Assembly: GCA_964402535.1 (NCBI GenBank)
Contig: CAYOCH010000001.1
Span: 72,286-136,285, forward strand
DNA: 64,000 bases
DNA from: an uncultured Candidatus Saccharibacteria bacterium
GTDB lineage: Bacteria > Patescibacteriota > Minisyncoccia > Phycocordibacterales > Phycocordibacteraceae
Direction: 5' to 3'
The position numbers were made by a program, and so were the translations under genes. The first letter of the stretch is position 1. Each line of letters opens with the position of its first letter. Shown here in pieces: positions 36,710 to 46,570 of the stretch. The notes under the pieces are model-generated. The model was not told where the DNA came from, did not search any database, and saw nothing but the letters and a program-made list of their open reading frames with translations.

Positions 36710-38433
36710 GGCTGTATCGGATCTTCGGCAGAGGGAGAGAGCACTTTCGCAGAGATGCCCGGAATGCGGATAAGCCGTCCGAGGGCATTCGCGACAATGC
36801 GGAACTCTTCATTCTCTACGACGTAGAGGGCGAGCGCCGACGCGATAAGACCGACAATACCAGCAAAAAGGCCCTGCAGGAAGACCGCCATGAGAGTGGT
36901 CAAGGGCGCAATCCCACCGAGAAGTACGAGCGCCACATAAGCCGCGGCACCGCCCGCGACGGCCGCCAGAAGGCCGTCAGCCAAGGGACGCCACAGTGAG
37001 CGTGCGAGCCCGGGCGAGACGCTCCGGAGCGCCAGGAGCGAGAGCACGACGAGGAAGATCTGCCCCACAGTCGAGGCGAGCGCGATAAGGAGGATGGCCG
37101 TTCCAGAGACGTCGCCTACCTTGAGGAAGGACGCGAACGTCTCCGGGAGTCCGTTCGCAGGCAGTGCGAGAAACGCGAGCGCCGCAAGGACGGTGACCGC
37201 GCCGCCGGCGACCTGGTAGATGAGCGGCCGCCACGACTGCCGCACCGCGTAGAGCGCACGAGAGAAAAGGAGTACAAGCCCTTGCGCCACGAGCCCGACC
37301 GCGAGCACGGCGAGGAGCGCGGCCGTGAGGCGCGTCGCGTTCCAATCGAACGCGCCGCTCCCTAGGATCACGCGCACCAGGTGCGCGCGCAGGACAGCGA
37401 TGAGCCCGAGCGACACGACCGACCAGAGGATGATATGCCGTGCGCTCGAGGAGAGGATGCGCGTGAACTCCTCGCGCCGCTCCGGCGCAGAGGTCTCAGA
37501 GAGCGCCGGGAACGCGGCGACCGCGTAGGAGGAGCCGATCAGCGCGAGCGGCACGGCCTCGAGGTTCGACGCGAACGTGAAGACCGAGACAGCGCCGGTT
37601 CCTACTCGAGAAGCAAGCGCAGTGAGGAGGAGCGCCGTGATCGAGCCCATGCCGAGCGCAAGCGAGCGCGGGATCGAGTCACGCACGACCGACGCCATCG
37701 TCGCGAAGCGCGGCAGGCATAGGTACGGCATTACCCCCGCACCCGACACGACCGGCAAGTTCACGGCAAGATACGCCACGGCCCCGACGACGACGCCCGC
37801 GCCTATGCCAGAGATCCCCCAGTAAGGATAGAACACGACGGTGCCGAGGATGATGCCGAGGTTGTAGAGCACCGGCGAGAGCGCGAAGAGCGTGAAGCGC
37901 CGATGCACCTGGGTCACCGAGCCTAAGACACCGGACAGCCCGAGCAGGATCGGCTGCACGAGGAGAAGCCGCGCAAGGAAGATGAAAGAATCGTGCTGCG
38001 GCAACGCCATCAGATCCGGATACACGAGTGAGAGGAAAGACGGCATGTAGACAGCGAGCACCACAGAGATCGCGCCGCCCATACCGACGAGAAATGACGC
38101 GGACTCGGAGAGGAGCCGGCGCGTCTTATCTTGAGGCATGCCCGCGATGCGCGGGATGAGCACGTAGGCGGAGACGAGCGAGGAGACGAGCGCGAACACG
38201 AGATCCGGCACGCGGAAGGCGGCATAGTAGATATCCAAGGTCTGCCCTGCCCCGAACGTGTGCGCGAAGGTGCGATCGCGGAGAAGGGCGAGCGCCTGCG
38301 ACGCGAGAGTCAGGGCAGCGAGGAGATACGCAGCCTGGTGAAGGCCGCGTATCGGCGCCGCGATGCGCGAATACGCGGCCTCAGAGAAGCCGCGTATCGG
38401 CGCTGCGACGCGTTCGTAGGTCTCCCGAACCAT
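36706..38433 (-). CDS. murJ: Lipid II flippase
   Basis: LLRDR..A..FG, AAFRVPD, many TM segments. Confidence 0.88.
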   Translation of the reverse strand: MVRETYERVAAPIRGFSEAAYSRIAAPIRGLHQAAYLLAALTLASQALALLRDRTFAHTFGAGQTLDIYYAAFRVPDLVFALVSSLVSAYVLIPRIAGMPQDKTRRLLSESASFLVGMGGAISVVLAVYMPSFLSLVYPDLMALPQHDSFIFLARLLLVQPILLGLSGVLGSVTQVHRRFTLFALSPVLYNLGIILGTVVFYPYWGISGIGAGVVVGAVAYLAVNLPVVSGAGVMPYLCLPRFATMASVVRDSIPRSLALGMGSITALLLTALASRVGTGAVSVFTFASNLEAVPLALIGSSYAVAAFPALSETSAPERREEFTRILSSSARHIILWSVVSLGLIAVLRAHLVRVILGSGAFDWNATRLTAALLAVLAVGLVAQGLVLLFSRALYAVRQSWRPLIYQVAGGAVTVLAALAFLALPANGLPETFASFLKVGDVSGTAILLIALASTVGQIFLVVLSLLALRSVSPGLARSLWRPLADGLLAAVAGGAAAYVALVLLGGIAPLTTLMAVFLQGLFAGIVGLIASALALYVVENEEFRIVANALGRLIRIPGISAKVLSPSAEDPIQP

Positions 38434-38468
38434 CGCACTATTCTACCCTGTTTCCCTCGGTTCTAGAA

Positions 38469-40832
38469 CTATTGGACCGGTGTGGATGACGCCGAGAGCA
38501 GGTTCGCCGGGAAGGGGTTCCTGCCGGCCTTGAGGGCGTCGAGTTGCGAGGCGACCGCCTTCGCGTTATCAGCCGACATGTCCGCAATCGCCTGGACTTG
38601 CGTCTGCGCATCCTTCAGGTCGCCAAGCTTCGCAAGGACCGCAGCGAGGAAGTAGCGTGCGTTCGCGAACTGCGCGTTCGCCTGCACGGCCGCCGAGAGC
38701 GCCGCTGCTGCGTTCTGGTAGTCCGCCGACGCCGCATAGAGCACTCCGACCTGGAAGAGGATGTTCGGGTCGTTCGGCGTGAAGTAGGCTGCGGCGAGAG
38801 CCGAGTTGAGCGCCTCCTTCACGTTTCCGTCCTGCACCTCGAGCTGCGAGAGAAGGAAGATGGCCGCAGTGTAGTCCTGCTTCAAAGCGATCGCCGCCTT
38901 CAGATCTGTCTGCGCCGTCTTCGTGTCCTTGTTGGCGATATCGAGCTGCGCGAGGATGTATGGGATCTGCGGATTGGTCGGATTGAGGTCCTGCGCCTTC
39001 TTGAAGGCGGTGCGGGCGCTGTCGTAGGCGCCGGTGACGCCGATCGGAACTGCCTGGGCATAGAGATTGCCGAGCGCGAGCCAGCCCTGGTAATCATTCG
39101 GATTCAGGTTCGTCGCCGTCAAGGCCGAATTGATGCCTGAAGAGAGCGCAGCCTGGTAGGCTTTCTGCGCGGTCGCCTTGTCAATCGTCGAAGAGGAGAC
39201 AATCGACGCAAGCCGCGCGTTCGCGATACCCGACTGGAGTTGATAGGCGATCGATGACGGCGCGAACGAGACGGAGTTCTGCACCGCCTGGTCCGCCGCG
39301 TCGAGGTTGCCGTTACTCAGTGACACCGCGGCGCTCGCGAGCTGCGCGTCTGCAACGTAGCGGCCGACAAGGCTGTAGGCGCCGACGACCGACGAGAGCA
39401 AGAGGATCGTGAGCGAGAAGACGATCACGAACCCGATGCGCGGCGAGCGAGAGAAGATGATCCCCCACTGCTGGCCCTCTGTCGCGTAGCGCATCGTCGA
39501 CGTGAAGATACCAGCAAAGACGAACGCAAGCGCGAGGAGCACGGTGCCCGGTAGATCGAAGAATGCCGTCGCGAAGAGGTAGACCGTGCCGATGAACGAG
39601 AGGATCGCCACGTAGCGCACCTGCGGATCCTGCGGCGTGCGCGTGATAAGCATCCGCAGGCCGAGCCCGATGAAGAGAACGAGGAACGCGATCCAGAGGA
39701 TAGCGCCCACGACACCGGTAGTCGCAAACGAGGACGGGATGAAACCGATGCCCGAAGAGAAGTCGACATTCCAGAAGATCGTGGAGTTGAGCCCCGCATC
39801 ACGATACTTGAGCCACTGCACGCCGAACGTACCCGGACCGGAGCCGAACAGCGGCGCTTGGGTTATCGTCTTCTCCGCCACAGTGAAGGTGGACTGCCAC
39901 GACGGCCGGATGTTGAGGATGTTCACGTGAAGCGCGTTCGCGAGCGCGCCGCCCAAGGTCCCGCCGATTAGGAAGAAGAGCGAGACCGCGAGCACGACAA
40001 GCGGCATCACGAGCGAGTGGTTGCCCTCGTCAGACTCGACCGGAGACTCAGAGAGCACGGTCGCATCATCGACATCCGCGTCGGCCGACTTGCCGCGCTT
40101 CATCACCGCCTCGACGAAGAGGCCGAGCGAGACGAGCGCGAGCATGATCCACACCAACGAGGCGTTCGCCACCGCAAGGATGAAGATCGCGAGGACGCCG
40201 GCACCGGTGAGGAGCTTGGCCGTCTTGCGCGACACATCGAGGAAACGGAGCGTGATAAGGATGCCGACGACGCCGAGACCCATGAGAGTCGCGAGGTCGC
40301 TATACGAGCCGACGAGCGAGTAGGCCGGCGAGATCGTGTTCGGCGCGAACTGGCCGATGATGACGATCAAGACCTGGATAGCCGCAACGACGGCGAACGC
40401 GTACGCCGCTGCCTTGAAGAACCAGCTGTAGTTGTCAGAGCGGCGCAGCACCAATGTCGAGAGCGTGCCGAGCACCGCCGCGACGAGCATGAAGCCGAGC
40501 GTATCCGGCTCGAGCGCCGTCCCCCAGAACGAGTTGCTGAACGCGACGCCGGAGAAGGCGGCCGAGAGCGCGTACGCGACGACCGGGAGCCACATTGCCC
40601 ACAAGAGCATCGTCGACGGGAAGATGAGGTTGCCGCGAGCGAGGCGCGCGAGGATGTAGAGCGCGAGCGTGATGATCGCGCCGGCCGCGAGCACGAACGT
40701 CTTCGTCGTGAGCGCAGAGACTGCCATCCACGGCGTGACGGCGATTAAAGCGAGTGCGAGAGAAATAAAGAGCGCCCAGGTGCTGACAGAGTCAAGCGAC
40801 CGTCGGCGCGGTGAACCTGATTGCGGAGGCAT
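38469..40832 (-). CDS. Polytopic membrane protein (O-antigen-ligase-like) with C-terminal TPRs
   Basis: PLFGSGPGTF, ATTG..G, TPR-like C-terminus. Confidence 0.7.
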   Translation of the reverse strand: MPPQSGSPRRRSLDSVSTWALFISLALALIAVTPWMAVSALTTKTFVLAAGAIITLALYILARLARGNLIFPSTMLLWAMWLPVVAYALSAAFSGVAFSNSFWGTALEPDTLGFMLVAAVLGTLSTLVLRRSDNYSWFFKAAAYAFAVVAAIQVLIVIIGQFAPNTISPAYSLVGSYSDLATLMGLGVVGILITLRFLDVSRKTAKLLTGAGVLAIFILAVANASLVWIMLALVSLGLFVEAVMKRGKSADADVDDATVLSESPVESDEGNHSLVMPLVVLAVSLFFLIGGTLGGALANALHVNILNIRPSWQSTFTVAEKTITQAPLFGSGPGTFGVQWLKYRDAGLNSTIFWNVDFSSGIGFIPSSFATTGVVGAILWIAFLVLFIGLGLRMLITRTPQDPQVRYVAILSFIGTVYLFATAFFDLPGTVLLALAFVFAGIFTSTMRYATEGQQWGIIFSRSPRIGFVIVFSLTILLLSSVVGAYSLVGRYVADAQLASAAVSLSNGNLDAADQAVQNSVSFAPSSIAYQLQSGIANARLASIVSSSTIDKATAQKAYQAALSSGINSALTATNLNPNDYQGWLALGNLYAQAVPIGVTGAYDSARTAFKKAQDLNPTNPQIPYILAQLDIANKDTKTAQTDLKAAIALKQDYTAAIFLLSQLEVQDGNVKEALNSALAAAYFTPNDPNILFQVGVLYAASADYQNAAAALSAAVQANAQFANARYFLAAVLAKLGDLKDAQTQVQAIADMSADNAKAVASQLDALKAGRNPFPANLLSASSTPVQ

Positions 40833-40944
40833 GATGAAGTGCGTGATGCGATATACGGGTAATGCCGTTCAGTATACCTCCCCGCGCCTCTTGTCTAGCA
40901 GTGCGTCCACAATGAAAAATGTAGGAAATATGGTATAGTGCGCT

Positions 40945-41294
40945 CGGACCGAGCTAGACGACCGCTCCGTGAGCGATCACGGGGAGGAAAGTCCGAACAT
41001 GCTCCCGCGCGCAAGCGAGGGAAACCGGGTAGCGGGTAACGCCCGTCGTCCGCGAGGATAGAGGTGCCTACAGTGACGTCGAAGGCGAAAGCCGGAGACT
41101 CCCCTGCCTGCCGGTAGGCAGGCTTCGGGGAGAATCCTGCCGAGAGGCAGGGGTGCAACGAGCAAATCCTTACCTGCATGCAAGGCCGTATCGCCAGTGC
41201 TTCGCACTGGCGGGGTGCCGCTTGAGCCCGCCGGCGACGCCGGGCCCAGATAAATGGTCGTCCACGACAGAATTCGGCTTATCGGCTCGGTCCG
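40945..41294 (+). ncRNA. rnpB: RNase P RNA
   Basis: GAGGAAAGTCCG and ACAGAATTCGGCTTAT conserved motifs; P1 CGGACCGAGC/GCTCGGTCCG. Confidence 0.93.
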
Positions 41295-41346
41295 CATACA
41301 TGCAAAAACTCATGCTCCTGCATGAGTTTTTGCTTTTTCTACTTCT

Positions 41347-43734
41347 TTACACTATTTCGCAGGTGCCGCCGGCACAGGCCAGCTCCCGCTTCATGTCCGA
41401 CTCGTCTGCGCGCTCGTAGGCGATCAGCTGCGCGTAGTCCACCTTGGGGAATCGGGCGCGGCGCTCCTCATATTCCTCCTTCGTGATCGCTTCGTAGGGC
41501 GCGAGGCGGTAGATGTGGTTGGAGCGCGGGAGGAATGAGAGGCCGCCGATGATCTCCCAATTGCGCTGGATCCAATCCACCACGCCGATCCACTCGTCCT
41601 CGCCTACCGAGATCGTGGCGGAGGGGTTGTGCTCGGTGTAGTTCACCTTGACCCGCTTCCAGTATTCGAGCTGGTCGAGCGCCGAGAGGTCGTCCTTGAA
41701 GCGCGCCTCCTTAGAGTGATCGGGCGCCACGACCGGGAACTCGAGCACGTAGGTGTTCGCGCTCTCAAGCGACTGCCCCACCTCTGGGTAATACGGCACG
41801 CCCTGGTCGCGCATGAGCTTAAAGAGCGAGTCGGTCGCGCTGATGCGCACGCGGCGGATATAGTAGGGCGCGTGGCGCGGGTGGATGCCCGAGGCGCAGT
41901 TGAAGGTCTGCGAGACGGTGCCCGAGGGCTTCACGGCCGTGACCGACATCGAGCGTTCGATGCCGAAGCGCTTCGCATAGGTCTGGTTGGTCTTGACTGC
42001 CGTGTCGCGCATCTTGCGCATCACGTCTGCCTCGCGCGCGACCGGCGAGTCCCACTGCCCCGTCACCGAGACGCCGAGGAGGCGCTCTGCCTTGTTGTGA
42101 TCGGTCCAGTCCTGCGAGATGTAGCCGAAATTGGTGAGGGTCGACTGGTAGGTGCCGATGATCGCCGCGAGGCGCATCTTGCGCACCAGGGTCGCCTCAG
42201 TGTCATTCGCGCGCGCGATGACTTCTGAAAGATTGCAGAACTGCTTGGACTGCAGGATGATCTCGGCGCACGGGTTGGTGCCGATCGAGCCGGTCACGAC
42301 GCCGTCATCGCCGATAAAGCCGACCGTCTTGAAGTAGTCGACACGGCGCTTCGGCATCGTCTTGGCGAGCGCTGCGCGGTTGAAGATGCCGCGCTCGCCG
42401 CTGCCGCTCTTCATGAGCGCGACCCACTCGTCCATGAGCTCGGCATTCGTCGGCTGGGTCTCGTAGACGGCCGAGTTGTTCGCGACCGCGCGGTGCGGAT
42501 CGGTCATGTAGAACTGGCCCTTCTTGGCGTCGCGCATGTCGACGTCGTCGAGGTCGGAGAGCGAGATCATCGCCGTGCGGCGCACGCCGCCGGCCACCAC
42601 GCACTCGCCGATCTTGCAGATGATGTCGTGCGCGTCGATCGTGCGCAGACGGCGCCCCTGGCGCGCGAGCACGCGGTCACGAGCGAACGCGAGAAGCGAC
42701 CGCAGCGGCTCCGGTCCTGAGGCCTTGCCGCCCATCGTGCGCAGGCGCGCGCCGGCCGGCCGGATCTGCGAGAAGTCGAACGAGACGTCCTTGCCGCTGT
42801 ACCAGGTCTTGAGGCCAAGCGTGAGCGCGTCGCACCAGCCCTCCTTAGAGTCGGCGATCACGTGCGTCTCGAGCTTTTTGCCGCCCTGCTTCATGATCTG
42901 CGGGAGCTGCTCGATGTTCTGGCTCTCGACGGCGAAGCCGACGCCACAGCCCTGCATCGAGAGGTACATGATCTCGGCGAAATCCTCGAGCTTGGTCGGT
43001 GCAGTGAACGTGCAGTTGTAGGCGCAGGTGTTGCAGCGGCGCGCCGGCTCGCCCGCGAACTGCATGAGGCGCATCGAGGGCATCACCTCCTGCTTCAAGA
43101 TCCCCATGCGCACTTCTGAATATTCTTTTTCCGTGAGCTTGTTGCCCAAGTTTTCGCGCATGAAGCTCATGTAACGGTCGACCGTCTCTACCCACGTCTC
43201 GCGGCGGCCTTCTTCGGGGATCCACTTCGCGTACGTGCGCAGGTAGACGAACTCGCCGAGCGCGTTGCCGGCAAAATATTTCTTGCTCTCCTCGACGAGC
43301 TTCTTCACATGCGGCGGGATCTCGACGTGCGCTGCGCGCAGCTGGGCGCGCTTGTCGCGGTAGAGGATGTAGGCCTTTGCCGTCTTCACGTAGTCGTTCA
43401 GGATCAGGTACTTCTCGACAGAGTCCTGCATGCCCTCGACCGTCGGGAGGAAGCTCTTGTACTTCTTAGCGAAGCGCGCGAGCTCGCCCGAGACTTGGTG
43501 CGCGACAAGCGTCGCATCCTCTTGTCCGCCCTCGCCCGCCTCGGCCATCGCCTTCTGCACCGCCGACACGATCTTTTCGAAATCGAACTGCACGAGTCGG
43601 CCGTCACGCTTCTCGACCTGCGGGATGAGTTCCCGATACCGCTTCGTTTCTTTCGACACCGCTTTTGCAGGCTCCGCGACCGCAGCCGCCGCACTCACTT
43701 TTGCACGTGAAGAAACTTTAGCGGCTTTTGGCAT
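41347..43734 (-). CDS. nrdJ: Class II (B12-dependent) ribonucleotide reductase with ATP cone
   Basis: KRDG ATP cone, TNPCAEI, CNLSE, VKPSGTVS, C-terminal CAGGTCEI. Confidence 0.88.
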   Translation of the reverse strand: MPKAAKVSSRAKVSAAAAVAEPAKAVSKETKRYRELIPQVEKRDGRLVQFDFEKIVSAVQKAMAEAGEGGQEDATLVAHQVSGELARFAKKYKSFLPTVEGMQDSVEKYLILNDYVKTAKAYILYRDKRAQLRAAHVEIPPHVKKLVEESKKYFAGNALGEFVYLRTYAKWIPEEGRRETWVETVDRYMSFMRENLGNKLTEKEYSEVRMGILKQEVMPSMRLMQFAGEPARRCNTCAYNCTFTAPTKLEDFAEIMYLSMQGCGVGFAVESQNIEQLPQIMKQGGKKLETHVIADSKEGWCDALTLGLKTWYSGKDVSFDFSQIRPAGARLRTMGGKASGPEPLRSLLAFARDRVLARQGRRLRTIDAHDIICKIGECVVAGGVRRTAMISLSDLDDVDMRDAKKGQFYMTDPHRAVANNSAVYETQPTNAELMDEWVALMKSGSGERGIFNRAALAKTMPKRRVDYFKTVGFIGDDGVVTGSIGTNPCAEIILQSKQFCNLSEVIARANDTEATLVRKMRLAAIIGTYQSTLTNFGYISQDWTDHNKAERLLGVSVTGQWDSPVAREADVMRKMRDTAVKTNQTYAKRFGIERSMSVTAVKPSGTVSQTFNCASGIHPRHAPYYIRRVRISATDSLFKLMRDQGVPYYPEVGQSLESANTYVLEFPVVAPDHSKEARFKDDLSALDQLEYWKRVKVNYTEHNPSATISVGEDEWIGVVDWIQRNWEIIGGLSFLPRSNHIYRLAPYEAITKEEYEERRARFPKVDYAQLIAYERADESDMKRELACAGGTCEIV

Positions 43735-43821
43735 GGAAGGCGGTTTAGGGATGAATAATATATCGAGTAAGGTTGTTCCAATTTTACTCCCGACTCCGCG
43801 AATCGCTATGTGTGGACAGCG

Positions 43822-44286
43822 CTATTTTGAAACGGTCGGAAGACTTTGCAAATTGAGCGGCGTACCAGTCGCTATTACGTGCCGTGAGGCGAACCCGGCA
43901 GCCGTCTCTAGGACATATCGAGCCGGCACTGTCGGATATAAGACATTCGGATAGCTCGAGGTCGCGACGTTCTCAGCGATCGTCACCACGCGTCCTTTTG
44001 AATCGAGCCAGAACATGTCGAGCGGCACTTGCATATCCTTCATCCAGAAGCCGTAGTAGTCGTCCTTCGGGAAGACGAAGAGCATCGCATAGTTCTCTGG
44101 GACAACGGCACGGCCCCCGAGCCCGCGCTCGCGCGCCGCTTCAGTTGTCGCATAGTCTATATTCAAGGACACATCGCCAAAGGTGCCGACGCTGCTCGTC
44201 ACTACAGGTGTCCTATAGACGGAAACGAATAGCAAAACGATCAGGCCGAGCACGACTGCGAGGATGCCAGAACGCTTCCATTCCAT
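43822..44286 (-). CDS. DUF192 family protein
   Basis: RERGL, MLFVF, FWMKDM..PLD, YVLETAAG. Confidence 0.85.
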   Translation of the reverse strand: MEWKRSGILAVVLGLIVLLFVSVYRTPVVTSSVGTFGDVSLNIDYATTEAARERGLGGRAVVPENYAMLFVFPKDDYYGFWMKDMQVPLDMFWLDSKGRVVTIAENVATSSYPNVLYPTVPARYVLETAAGFASRHVIATGTPLNLQSLPTVSK

Positions 44287-44361
44287 AGCGCCAGTATACG
44301 GCAGATACAACGTGCGGCGCGCCCCACCAGGCGGCGCGCCGCATCCTCCTCCCTACTACGG

Positions 44362-44562
44362 CTATTGGTGCTGCGGTGTGCGGTGCACCATCCGCCCCTC
44401 TTCGCGTTCGATCGAGGTCTCTTGGATACCCCACAACGAGAGCACGGCGATCGCGACACCTGTCACGACAAGCGTCCACGAGAGCGCCGTACCCGTAATG
44501 CCGAGGAACGGCACCACGATCGTCCACAACCCGAGCAGTGCATTGATCCACTGTTGCCACAT
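44362..44562 (-). CDS. SPW-repeat small membrane protein
   Basis: WINALLGLW..VPFLG pattern. Confidence 0.7.
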   Translation of the reverse strand: MWQQWINALLGLWTIVVPFLGITGTALSWTLVVTGVAIAVLSLWGIQETSIEREEGRMVHRTPQHQ

Positions 44563-44736
44563 ATCGTTGAAAATTATTGGTAAACAACTGGATTGTAGGG
44601 GTCGTGAGATGAAATTTGCGTTACCGTTTGCGAGCGAAAAGTATTGACATATGTGTTGCGAAATGTTTCAATACAAACTGCTTCGGTCTTTTCTTTCCTG
44701 CAGTAGCAGGTTCATCACTATCGAGGGGAGGTACAT

Positions 44737-45384
44737 ATGCAACCGGTAGAAGCACCCGCGCGGCACACCATCACGGTGCCGCTGCATCCAAACGTCATGA
44801 TCGACATCTTCCGTAGTACGGAACTGTCGATTGCGAAGAGCGGAGAGCTGGACAACCAAGGCGTCGATTTGTCATCCGACGGCGTCCGCCAAGCGCAGCA
44901 GTTGAGCGTCGTGTTGCATGCGTACGGCATTCACTACGACTTGGCTGTCTATGCGGCGACGCCGCGCGCACGCCGGATGGCGCATGCCGTACTCGGCAAC
45001 CATCGTGGTGCGTGGTACCGCGGCCAAGGCCGCGATCTCTACGCGCCGCGTGACGACCGGCACTACAACGCGCTGCTTGCGCTCGACCGCGAGATCAAGT
45101 CGCGCCGCTTCGGGAAGTTCACACCCGTCGTGAGCGCTGATGTTCTCGATCGGGCGGAGCCGCTCTTCGAGGCGTTCCTGCGCGATACCCGCCAGGTCTT
45201 CGCGTCGATTAAGAAGATCGAGGAGATGCGTCGTATCGCCATCTTTGCTGATACGCTGATGACGGGCGAAGCGCTGCTCCCCCACTTGGCGGAGTCGCTG
45301 CGCGAGATAGATCGCGGATTCGCGCATGGCGAATGGGTGCAGCTCTCGCACAACGGCTGCATCTACCACAAGCGCCCGATGTAG
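44737..45384 (+). CDS. Degenerate histidine-phosphatase-like protein, orphan cassette
   Basis: IFRST in place of RHG, LSSDGVRQA, PRARRMA; TTGACA promoter and SD. Confidence 0.55.
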   Translation: MQPVEAPARHTITVPLHPNVMIDIFRSTELSIAKSGELDNQGVDLSSDGVRQAQQLSVVLHAYGIHYDLAVYAATPRARRMAHAVLGNHRGAWYRGQGRDLYAPRDDRHYNALLALDREIKSRRFGKFTPVVSADVLDRAEPLFEAFLRDTRQVFASIKKIEEMRRIAIFADTLMTGEALLPHLAESLREIDRGFAHGEWVQLSHNGCIYHKRPM

Positions 45385-45415
45385 CCTGTTACACCACCAA
45401 GCCAGTCAGCATTCA

Positions 45416-45449
45416 GCCGGAGGTTCACCCCTCCGGCGTTTCTTTTTAT
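45416..45449 (+). terminator. Intrinsic terminator
   Basis: GCCGGAGG...CCTCCGGC followed by a T tract. Confidence 0.7.
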
Positions 45450-45455
45450 ATATTG

Positions 45456-45545
45456 TGGCGGAGAGGGCGAGATTCGAACTCGCGGTGGGGTTTCCCCCAC
45501 GCATGCTTTCCAAGCATGTCCTTTAGACCACTCAGGCACCTCTCC
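45456..45545 (-). tRNA. tRNA-Ser(GGA)
   Basis: CATGC-TT-GGA-AA-GCATG, long variable arm, encoded CCA. Confidence 0.93.
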
Positions 45546-46197
45546 ATTTCTCGTAGACCGAACGTATGCGTTCATTCGAGGTGCCGAATACCCGTAAGTA
45601 CTTGGCGACCGCATCCTCTCGATAGAGATAGATATTGCGACCTCGGGTATCAATATGCGGCAAAATGCCGAATTGTTCAAATACCGCTGCGACCTGCCGG
45701 AGCATCCCTGGTGAATAACTTGTAAAACAGAGACCGATGTTTTTATAAATCTTTCCCGCTATCTTGTGCGAATGAACGAACAGGCACCCGTCGGTATCAA
45801 TGAGGCCACGGACACATGCCCGCCGATACGAAGACTTCTTGAGGATCCAGTCTGGTATGCAAAGCCCATGCTGCAATTTATTGCCGCGAGGAAGCCCTTT
45901 CTCTACGAGGAAATCTACCAGAGTTGTACTCGCAGCTGATATGACTAACGCATCGCGACCTTTGCGCTTTCGAATAGCCGGTCTGATGTGGAACAAATCA
46001 AATATGAGCGCCTCTACGTAATGCGCATATCGCGCATCGGTGATTGAATTCATCGTGATATTAGCTTGCCATGGGTTATTGATGCCTCCATCACCAAGCA
46101 TGACTCCGAAGAATTCCGCAAGACGCGCAGAAGGCCCCGGAATTCGTATCTCCTTCCGATGACTCCTTTTTGGATATCTAAGCCTGCGAACTCTCAC
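45532..46197 (-). CDS. Free-standing two-motif LAGLIDADG (DOD-type) endonuclease-like protein
   Basis: FFGVMLGDG and VRGLIDTDG motifs; lower GC; stop lies inside the tRNA 5' end. Confidence 0.85.
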   Translation of the reverse strand: MRVRRLRYPKRSHRKEIRIPGPSARLAEFFGVMLGDGGINNPWQANITMNSITDARYAHYVEALIFDLFHIRPAIRKRKGRDALVISAASTTLVDFLVEKGLPRGNKLQHGLCIPDWILKKSSYRRACVRGLIDTDGCLFVHSHKIAGKIYKNIGLCFTSYSPGMLRQVAAVFEQFGILPHIDTRGRNIYLYREDAVAKYLRVFGTSNERIRSVYEKWRGA

Positions 46198-46307
46198 TTG
46201 CTAAGTATAGCATTTGGTCTAGTGCCGGAAATTTTACCCGCACTGGTCACAACCCGCACAAAAGAAAGGCACGGGGCTTAACCCCGTGCTCGTGAAATGA
46301 CGATCGC

Positions 46308-46520
46308 CTATATCGCTGTGCCGACTGCCACCTTGATGCCGAAGTCTTCAAGCCATTTTTCGCCGCGCACAACCGCAGTCGCATCTGCGAATGACAGACC
46401 GTGGTCATGGGTCAGTTCGTCGCGGATCAGCAGTTGCTCCATTGTGAACCCCTCGATACGCGCCTGGATGGCTCCGGAATGCTCGAGCGTTTTGCTCATT
46501 TCGTTCTCATCTTTAAACAT
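46308..46520 (-). CDS. Hypothetical protein
   Basis: 70-aa ORF co-oriented with its neighbours. Confidence 0.4.
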   Translation of the reverse strand: MFKDENEMSKTLEHSGAIQARIEGFTMEQLLIRDELTHDHGLSFADATAVVRGEKWLEDFGIKVAVGTAI

Positions 46521-46570
46521 TGGAATCTACCCGGAGGCATCCTAACCTCAACGCATGCACGGGTCAAACA

